A stretch of DNA of 64,000 nucleotides from Chthoniobacteraceae bacterium (GTDB lineage Bacteria > Verrucomicrobiota > Verrucomicrobiia > Chthoniobacterales > Chthoniobacteraceae), in NCBI GenBank assembly GCA_040081625.1, contig JBEBGD010000017.1, forward strand, positions 1 through 64,000, read 5' to 3'. The notes below the pieces were generated by a model that had not been told where the DNA came from, ran no database searches, and saw only the letters and a list, made by a program, of their open reading frames with translations. Numbering within the stretch: position 1 is the first letter of the stretch; every line of letters starts with the position of its first letter. The position numbers and the translations under genes were made by a program. This document shows positions 57,658 to 64,000 of this stretch, in pieces.

Positions 57658-59058
57658 TTAGGCGATGACGTCCTTGACCACGTTGCCGAAGTTGTCGGTG
57701 AAGCGGAAATCGCGGCCGTTGTAACGATAGGTGAGCTTCTTGTGATCGAAGCCGAGCAGGTGCAGCACGGTCGCGTGCAGGTCGTGGATGTGGACCTTGT
57801 TGACCGCGGCGCGCGCGCCGAACTCATCGGTCTCGCCATACACGGTGCCGCCCTTCACGCCGCCGCCGGCGAGCCAGCCGACCATCGCGCGGCCGTTGTG
57901 ATCGCGGCCCGGGTTTTCGTTGCCGTTGCGGTCGCGGGTCACGGTGCGGCCGAATTCGCCACCCCAGATCACGAGCGTGTCGTCGAGCAGCCCGCGCTGC
58001 TTGAGATCGGTGAGGAGCGCCGCGGCGGGCACGTCCACTTCACCGGCCTTGCGGCGCATGGCGGTCTCGAGCGCGTTGTGGTGATCCCAGCCGCCATGCT
58101 CGATCTGCACGAAGCGCACACCGCGCTCAACGAGCCGGCGGGCGATGAGCATCTTCGCGCCCATCGGGCCGTTGCCATACATGTCGCGGATTTTCTGCGG
58201 CTCCTTGGAGATGTCGAAGGCGTCGGTCGCCTCAGTCTGCATCTTGAAAGCCATCTCGAAGGCCTGGATGCGCGCCTCGAGCTGCTCATCCTTCTGCAGC
58301 GTCGCCGAGTGCATCTGGTTGAGCTTCTGCGCGAGGTCGAGCTGCGCGCGCTGCGTGCTCGTGCCGGTGAACTGATTGCGGATGTTCAGCAGCACCTCCT
58401 CGAGGCGCATGCCGGGATTGTAGTTCACGTTCACGCCCTGCGTGACGCCCGGCAGGAAGGACGCCTGGCGCCACTCCGGCTTGCCGCCGAGGGTGATGAA
58501 GCCCGGCATGTTCTGGTTCTCCGTGCCCAGACCGTAGAGCACCCACGAGCCCCACGCCGGCTTCGGAAGCTGAAGCGAGCCGGTGTTCATGAACCGCTGC
58601 GCGACTTCGTGCGCCGGGATGTCCGTCCACAGCGAGCGGATGACCGCCATCTCATCGACGTGCTTGGCCAGCTCCGGGAAAACCTCGCTCACCTCGGTGC
58701 CCGACTTCCCGTGCTTCTCGAACTTGAACGGCGAGCCGTAGGCCAGCCCCGTGTGGCCGGGGATCTCCTGCTCGTGATGCTTCTGGAGCAGCGGCTTCGG
58801 ATCGAAGGTATCGACGTGCGACGGACCGCCCGAGGCGAAGATGTGAATGACGCGCTTGGCCTTGACCGGGAAGTGCGGCTGCTTGGGAGTCAGCGGCCCC
58901 TTCGCCGCGCCACCAGTCGCAGCCCCGGCGGTCCCGCCGAGGATCGAAGCGAGGCACATCGCCCCGTAGCCCATGCCGGTCTTTTCGAGGAATTCGCGGC
59001 GGCTGGCGCAGAGGGTCGGGAGATGTTCGAGTGGGTTGTAATTCGGGATGGTATTCAT
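57658..59058 (-). CDS. DUF1501 family protein
   Basis: SRREFL; GGPSHVDTFDPKP; GVRFVQ; GWDHH; GEFGRT; GRDHN. Confidence 0.92.
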   Translation of the reverse strand: MNTIPNYNPLEHLPTLCASRREFLEKTGMGYGAMCLASILGGTAGAATGGAAKGPLTPKQPHFPVKAKRVIHIFASGGPSHVDTFDPKPLLQKHHEQEIPGHTGLAYGSPFKFEKHGKSGTEVSEVFPELAKHVDEMAVIRSLWTDIPAHEVAQRFMNTGSLQLPKPAWGSWVLYGLGTENQNMPGFITLGGKPEWRQASFLPGVTQGVNVNYNPGMRLEEVLLNIRNQFTGTSTQRAQLDLAQKLNQMHSATLQKDEQLEARIQAFEMAFKMQTEATDAFDISKEPQKIRDMYGNGPMGAKMLIARRLVERGVRFVQIEHGGWDHHNALETAMRRKAGEVDVPAAALLTDLKQRGLLDDTLVIWGGEFGRTVTRDRNGNENPGRDHNGRAMVGWLAGGGVKGGTVYGETDEFGARAAVNKVHIHDLHATVLHLLGFDHKKLTYRYNGRDFRFTDNFGNVVKDVIA

Positions 59059-59248
59059 GTCGGTAGGTTTACGAAGTGGTCGGTGTATCGTTGCAATGTA
59101 ATAGCAGCAGACGGCGCCGGGTCGCTTTAAGTCGGACTGTCCCCTTGGGTAGCGCCACGCCCGCCCAGTCCGGCAGGCCCGCGAAAATCACGGCCAGCGA
59201 GGTTTACGAAGCGAGTCCGGGGCGTCCACCCCGCGCATCATCCGCTGC

Positions 59249-59944
59249 TCAAGCGAGATCGAAAAGCAGCGCCTCCGCATCCTCGCTCGCGCGGAACGTG
59301 AGCCGACCCGCGGTTTCCGTGCTCGCGCCGTCGCCAGCCGCGAGCGCCGAGTCATTCAGCGTGAGCGCTCCACCGGCCACCTGCACCCACACGCCGCGAC
59401 CGGGCAGAAGCTCATGCGTCACCTGCCCGCCCGCCTTCAACCGCAGGCGGAAGATGTCCGCGTCCTGATGGATCGTCGCCGAGCCCTCGCGCCCGTCGGA
59501 CGAAATCACGAGCACCTTCTCCGCGCTCTCGTGCTCCGGCTTCGGATGCCACTCCGTGTAGCCCGGCGCCAGCCCGCGCTTCGCCGGCGTGATCCAGATC
59601 TGCAGGATGTGCGTCGCCTCCTTCGCCGGATTGAACTCGCTGTGCTGCACGCCCGTCCCAGCGCTCATGAGCTGGATTTGCCCCGGTCGCAGCACGCTCC
59701 CGTTGCCCATCGAGTCCTTGTGCTGGAGCGCCCCGGCGAGCACGTAGGAGAAGATTTCCATGTCCCGGTGCGGGTGCATCCCGAAGCCCATGTGCGGCGC
59801 GATGTGGTCGTCATTGATCACGCGCAGCGAGCGGAAGCCCATGTGCGCCGGGTCGTGGTAGTCGGCGAAAGAGAACGTGTGCCAGGAGTCGAGCCACCCG
59901 TGTTCGGCGTGGCCGCGGTCGGTTGCTTTGCGGATGGTGATCAT
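59249..59944 (-). CDS. Pirin family protein (YhhW-like)
   Basis: RGHAEHGWLDSWHTFSFADY; HPHRDMEI; HKDSMGN; MSAGTGVQHSEFN. Confidence 0.95.
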   Translation of the reverse strand: MITIRKATDRGHAEHGWLDSWHTFSFADYHDPAHMGFRSLRVINDDHIAPHMGFGMHPHRDMEIFSYVLAGALQHKDSMGNGSVLRPGQIQLMSAGTGVQHSEFNPAKEATHILQIWITPAKRGLAPGYTEWHPKPEHESAEKVLVISSDGREGSATIHQDADIFRLRLKAGGQVTHELLPGRGVWVQVAGGALTLNDSALAAGDGASTETAGRLTFRASEDAEALLFDLA

Positions 59945-60001
59945 GCTCCGACTCTGCCGCACGCGCGCCGCGGCGCCCAATACCTTCTGGCTCGCGCAGC
60001 G

Positions 60002-60016
60002 ATGCCTTTCCGGCAT
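60002..60016. promoter_or_regulatory. LysR-type T-N11-A operator
   Basis: ATGCC-TTTCC-GGCAT palindrome between the divergent pirin and LysR genes. Confidence 0.6.
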
Positions 60017-60027
60017 GATTCGCCGCA

Positions 60028-60921
60028 ATGGAACTCCGCCACCTGCGCTACTTCGTCGCCATCGCCGAGTCGCTCAGCTTCACCAAAGCGGCGGCAACCG
60101 TGCGCGTCGCGCAGCCCGCGCTGAGCCGGCAGCTCCGCGACCTCGAAGCCGAACTCGGCGCGCGCCTGCTCGAGCGCAACTCGCGCGGCGTCTGCCTCAC
60201 GCCGGCGGGCGAGACCTTCGTCGCCGAAGCCCGCGCCGTCCTCGCACGCGCCGACCAGGCCATCGCCGCCGTGCGGCGCGCGGCGAACACCGAGGTCATC
60301 CACATCGGCTACGCACCCACGCTCGCCACGCCGCACCTGCCCGGCGCGATCGAACGCTGGAACGCGCTCCACCCGCTCGCCCGCGCCGAATTGCACGATC
60401 TCTCAACCGCCGAAATGCTCGCGGGTCTGCGCGCGGGCAAACTCGATGTCATCATCGGCGCGCGCCCGGCCCGTGAACCGGACGCCATCGAATCCCAAAC
60501 GCTGCGCGCGGAAGGCATGGTGCTCGCCCTCCCGCCACGCCATGCGCTCGCGAAAACCGTGACCATCCCGGTCGCAAAGCTCGCCGACGTCCCGCTGATC
60601 ACTTTCGCCGCCGCCGACTACCCCGAATACGTCGCGCACGTCGCGGCGTATCTCCGCAAGCACCGCGTGAAGTTCGCCCCCGTGCAGGAGTTCGATGGCG
60701 TGATGAGCCTCGTCGCCGCCGTCGAGTCCGGCGTCGGTGTGGCGCTGGTCTCCGATAGCATCACGTGCCTCTTCCCGCGCCGCGTGCCGCTGCGAATCCT
60801 CAATCCCGCGCCCGCGCGCTTCCCCATCGCCGTGAGCTGGCGGCCAAAAGCCGCGCCGCCGCTCGTGCGCGATTTCGTGGCCGCGCTCAAGGAATCGGGG
60901 CGCCGTCGCCCCGGCCGTTGA
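60028..60921 (+). CDS. LysR family transcriptional regulator
   Basis: MELRHLRYFVAIAE..SFTKAA..AQPALSRQ..LE.ELG..L.ER. Confidence 0.95.
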   Translation: MELRHLRYFVAIAESLSFTKAAATVRVAQPALSRQLRDLEAELGARLLERNSRGVCLTPAGETFVAEARAVLARADQAIAAVRRAANTEVIHIGYAPTLATPHLPGAIERWNALHPLARAELHDLSTAEMLAGLRAGKLDVIIGARPAREPDAIESQTLRAEGMVLALPPRHALAKTVTIPVAKLADVPLITFAAADYPEYVAHVAAYLRKHRVKFAPVQEFDGVMSLVAAVESGVGVALVSDSITCLFPRRVPLRILNPAPARFPIAVSWRPKAAPPLVRDFVAALKESGRRRPGR

Positions 60922-60937
60922 TGGCGATGCCCTCGCC

Positions 60938-63900
60938 TCAAATCGTGCGGATGATGATGTCGTCCGCGTCGTCCGTGCCGCCAGTGGCGCCGGTGTCGAG
61001 GACGTTGGGGAAGCCGGGGACCGTGGTTCCGTTCACGATGATCTTGCCGAGGACGGCGGCCTGGATGGCGAAGTTGTGATTCACCGCGCCATTCACAGCC
61101 ACGGTGCTGATCGTCGCGCCGATCGTGATGGGGCCGATCTTCGATGTCTGCGCCACCAACCCGGCCATACCCGCCACGTCGTCGCCGTCTCCGAGGATGC
61201 CATTCACGGCAGCGATTCCGGCCGAGATGGTGTTTTCCTCGAACTGCGTCTTCACGTTGATCGCGCCGATGCTGGCGGGTCGCAAAAAGACGTCCGCGTT
61301 CGCCCCCGCGCCGCCGACGGCGAAGTCCGCGCCCAAATGCGCGCCAGCCAGCAAATCAGTGATCGTCATCCCACCCGGCGCTGTGACTGCGCCGATGTTT
61401 CCGGCGGCGGACAAGGTGAGAGCTTGCAACGTCCCGGAGACCGTGACGTTGCCGAGGCCGAAGGTTTTCAGCGCAGCTATCTGCGCGGCGGCAGTTGGCA
61501 AATTCTCCCATCCCCGCAGCGCGAGGCCCGCGTAGATCCCGCCGCTGCCGATGCCGGCGCCGGATGGCAGCTTCGGAGTGGCGACGGTCACCGGGCCGAT
61601 CCCAGCGGCGGCGACGAAGGAAAAGTTTCCGATGCCGCTGCCGGACTTGTTGCCGGTGTTGGCAAAATTCAGCGTCACCGAGACTCCGGCGATCGCGCCG
61701 GTGCTGGCGCTCAGACCTGAATCCGCGATGCCCGTGAGCGAAGCGTTGCCGCCGTCCGCGGCCGAGGTCAGAGCGACCGCTACTTTGCCGATCCGTGCCG
61801 CATTCACGCTGACGTCGCTGATCCCGGTCGCCGTGTTGTCGCCTTTGCGCACGATGTTCGCCCCGGCCAGGATGCCGGGCGGTGTGGGTGCGGTCGAGAT
61901 CTCATAGGCCTCGAGCGAGCCGTCGGTCGTGGTGATCCTGCCGATGCCACCCACGGTCGCGATGAGGTCTTGCTTCGTGGCGCTGCCGGCGTTGAGCACG
62001 TCGTTGAAGACACCGCCCTGGAAATGTTTGGCCGTGAGCGCGCCGATCGACGCTGCGCGGATCGCGCCGCGGAAGTCGAACTTCGGAATGCTGATCGCGC
62101 CGACCGCACTCGTCGTGTCGATCGCGAGATCGAAGTCGTCGTTCACCTTTACCTTGAGCACCTGCTTCGCCGTGCCGCCGCTGCGGAGGAGGACATCGTC
62201 ATCCATCTTGTCGAGCGTCAGCGCGCCGAGCGCGCCCTCGACGCCGATGGTGCCGGCGAAGGTCGTGCCCTTGCCGAGCGTGATGCTCTTCAGCGCGGAA
62301 TCGGCGTGGATCGAGCCGACCGTGACGCCACCGCTGGCGGGGAGCACTTTCACCGCGAGCGCCGACTTCGCCGTGGCGCCATGGATCGCGATCTGGCCGA
62401 TCTCGTCGCCGTTCCGCAGCAGGTCGAACGTGCCGCCGCCGGTGAGCGTGACGATGACTTTGTCGCCGTCGCCCTGGGTGAAGGAAAACGTCGTCACGTC
62501 GTTGGCGAGCGCCGTGTTTGGCGAGAACTCCGCGGCACCGATGTCGATGGCGTCCGAGTTGTCGAAATCGCCGTCGAGTCGCCGCCCGAAACCTGGCCCG
62601 CGCTGGTCGTGGCGCAGCGCCTCGCCGAGCGGCGTTTCCCCCGCGGCATTGCTGCCCGCATCGATCACCGGGCTGCCGGCCAGCGGCAGCATCGTGAAGG
62701 TCCGCCCGCCATTGTCCTGCAGCGGCCCGAGCTTCGCACTGAGCGGCGTGGCCGCGGTGCCGATCCGGTTGCCGCCCACGCCATTCGTGATCCCGGTGAG
62801 CGCGGCGTCGCCGATACCGATGAAGTTGTTCACGCTCCCCGCAGCGATGGCCCCGCGGATGTCGTCGGGTTCGCTGCCGGCGGCGAAGTTCCCGGCGACG
62901 ATCGTGTTGCTCATGGTGAGCGTCGCGCCGGCCTCGATGACGATGCCGCCGGCGCCGTTCCCGGCACTGCCGCTCGCGTCCACATTGCCGCTGATCGTGC
63001 TGTTGACGATCGTCACGGTGCCGCCTTCGAGCTTGAGGCCGCCCGCGCCTTCGTTCCCCACCGCGGTGTTGCCCGCGATCGTCGAATTGAAGATGAACAA
63101 CGTGCCGGAAATGTTCCGGATCGCGCCGCCACGCCCTTCGCTCAAGTTGCCCGAGAGGATGCTGTGGGAAATCGTCAGCGCGCCGGTGTTGTTGATGGCT
63201 CCACCAAAAAACTGCGGCCCGAGACCGGAGTTCCCCGAGATCGTCGTGCCCTCGATCGACATCGTTCCGGCATTTTGAATCGCGCCGCCGTCGCCATCAC
63301 TCGCGCCGCGATTGCCGCTGATGGTGCTGTCCACGATCGTGGTGCGGGTCCCGGCCGTCGCATCGATCCCGCCAGCGTCCTCGACCGAGCTATTCCCCGC
63401 GATGAGTGTGCGGAAAATCGAGAGCTTCGCGTTCGCACCCGTCGTGGCGATGGCTCCGCCGTTCGAGGTGGCGGCCTCGTTGGCGGAGTTTTCCAGCAGG
63501 CGGCTGTCGGTGATGGTGAGGTCGGCCATGCCACCCGTGTTGAAAATGCCGCCACCGTCGCGGGCGGCATTCTGCGAGACGAGCACGTCGTCGAGACGGA
63601 GCGTCGTCGAGTTGTGGATCCCGCCGCCGTCGCCCCCCGTGACGTTGCCGGCCTTGATCGCCAGGTGCGCGAGCGACACGGACTCGGTCGCCGCCGTGAT
63701 CCGCAGCACGCGCGTCGCGCCGGAGCCGACGAGCGAAATGCTCTCATCGAACGAGCCCGGCCCGGTGATGCTCAGCGCGCCGCCACCATCGATGAGCAGC
63801 TCGCTCGTGAGGACGATCGAACCGCCCCCCAGTGCCGGAGCAAAAGTGATCGAGTCGTGCAGGAAATCGCCGCGGAGCGCATCGCCGGACGGCTGATTCG

Positions 63901-64000
63901 TCGTCGCCGCGAGGACCGCCTCGCGCAACGTCAGCAGCCCGTCGGAAGCGGGAGCGCCGTCGAGGAGCGAGTTCACGACGAACGTCGCCGGTGCGATTCG
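60938..64000 (-). CDS. Large surface protein with GG[AG]I beta-helix repeats and a choice-of-anchor-Q-like domain (start lies outside the window)
   Basis: Edge reads RIAPATFVVNSLLD..LTLREAV (LEPR/CSLREA-like); repeated N.A..GGGI/GGAI; LGPLQDNGGRTFTMLPLAGSPVIDAG..DQRG..DIGAAE. Confidence 0.85.
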   Translation of the reverse strand, partial: RIAPATFVVNSLLDGAPASDGLLTLREAVLAATTNQPSGDALRGDFLHDSITFAPALGGGSIVLTSELLIDGGGALSITGPGSFDESISLVGSGATRVLRITAATESVSLAHLAIKAGNVTGGDGGGIHNSTTLRLDDVLVSQNAARDGGGIFNTGGMADLTITDSRLLENSANEAATSNGGAIATTGANAKLSIFRTLIAGNSSVEDAGGIDATAGTRTTIVDSTISGNRGASDGDGGAIQNAGTMSIEGTTISGNSGLGPQFFGGAINNTGALTISHSILSGNLSEGRGGAIRNISGTLFIFNSTIAGNTAVGNEGAGGLKLEGGTVTIVNSTISGNVDASGSAGNGAGGIVIEAGATLTMSNTIVAGNFAAGSEPDDIRGAIAAGSVNNFIGIGDAALTGITNGVGGNRIGTAATPLSAKLGPLQDNGGRTFTMLPLAGSPVIDAGSNAAGETPLGEALRHDQRGPGFGRRLDGDFDNSDAIDIGAAEFSPNTALANDVTTFSFTQGDGDKVIVTLTGGGTFDLLRNGDEIGQIAIHGATAKSALAVKVLPASGGVTVGSIHADSALKSITLGKGTTFAGTIGVEGALGALTLDKMDDDVLLRSGGTAKQVLKVKVNDDFDLAIDTTSAVGAISIPKFDFRGAIRAASIGALTAKHFQGGVFNDVLNAGSATKQDLIATVGGIGRITTTDGSLEAYEISTAPTPPGILAGANIVRKGDNTATGISDVSVNAARIGKVAVALTSAADGGNASLTGIADSGLSASTGAIAGVSVTLNFANTGNKSGSGIGNFSFVAAAGIGPVTVATPKLPSGAGIGSGGIYAGLALRGWENLPTAAAQIAALKTFGLGNVTVSGTLQALTLSAAGNIGAVTAPGGMTITDLLAGAHLGADFAVGGAGANADVFLRPASIGAINVKTQFEENTISAGIAAVNGILGDGDDVAGMAGLVAQTSKIGPITIGATISTVAVNGAVNHNFAIQAAVLGKIIVNGTTVPGFPNVLDTGATGGTDDADDIIIRTI

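Noticed and set aside
1..64000. CRISPR arrays, rRNA genes, prophage genes
   Set aside because: No regularly spaced repeats, rRNA-like sequence or phage structural genes were seen on manual reading.

Overview
GC-rich bacterial window whose gene content points to Verrucomicrobiota, probably Chthoniobacter-like. The clues are a PEP-CTERM protein, an RIAPA/LEPR-type surface protein, DUF1501/DUF1549-1553/DUF1552/DUF1592 families, Verrucomicrobium-type ECF sigmas and an mreBCD-PBP2 operon; this taxonomic call is inference. 1-25.8 kb is an all-minus-strand sulfated-glycan locus with a kappa-carrageenase-like GH16, four sulfatases, three ECF sigma/FecR pairs, heme-c DUF modules and several decayed gene stubs. 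26.2-35.9 kb is core genome (mreBCD-mrdA-rng, phoBR with a Pho box, xylose isomerase). 35.9-40.2 kb is a doubly deleted, probably iron-regulated locus. 40-48.7 kb holds a DMT transporter, a PEP-CTERM protein, a peptidase/two-methyltransferase operon, nnr and a TPR protein. The most unusual element is a complete 3,076-bp IS1595-family cargo transposon (48753-51828; 30-bp TIRs, 8-bp TSD). It carries two unknown cargo genes coupled to the transposase, a small basic ORF, and a winged-HTH gene followed by a Pro-rich micro-ORF, three hairpins and a non-canonical tRNA-like cloverleaf (UGG anticodon on a Thr-like body). The rest is an ECF/anti-sigma pair, an arylsulfatase, a DUF1501/DUF1553 pair, pirin/LysR and a partial large surface protein. 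All protein calls come from motif recognition by eye; no database searches were run.
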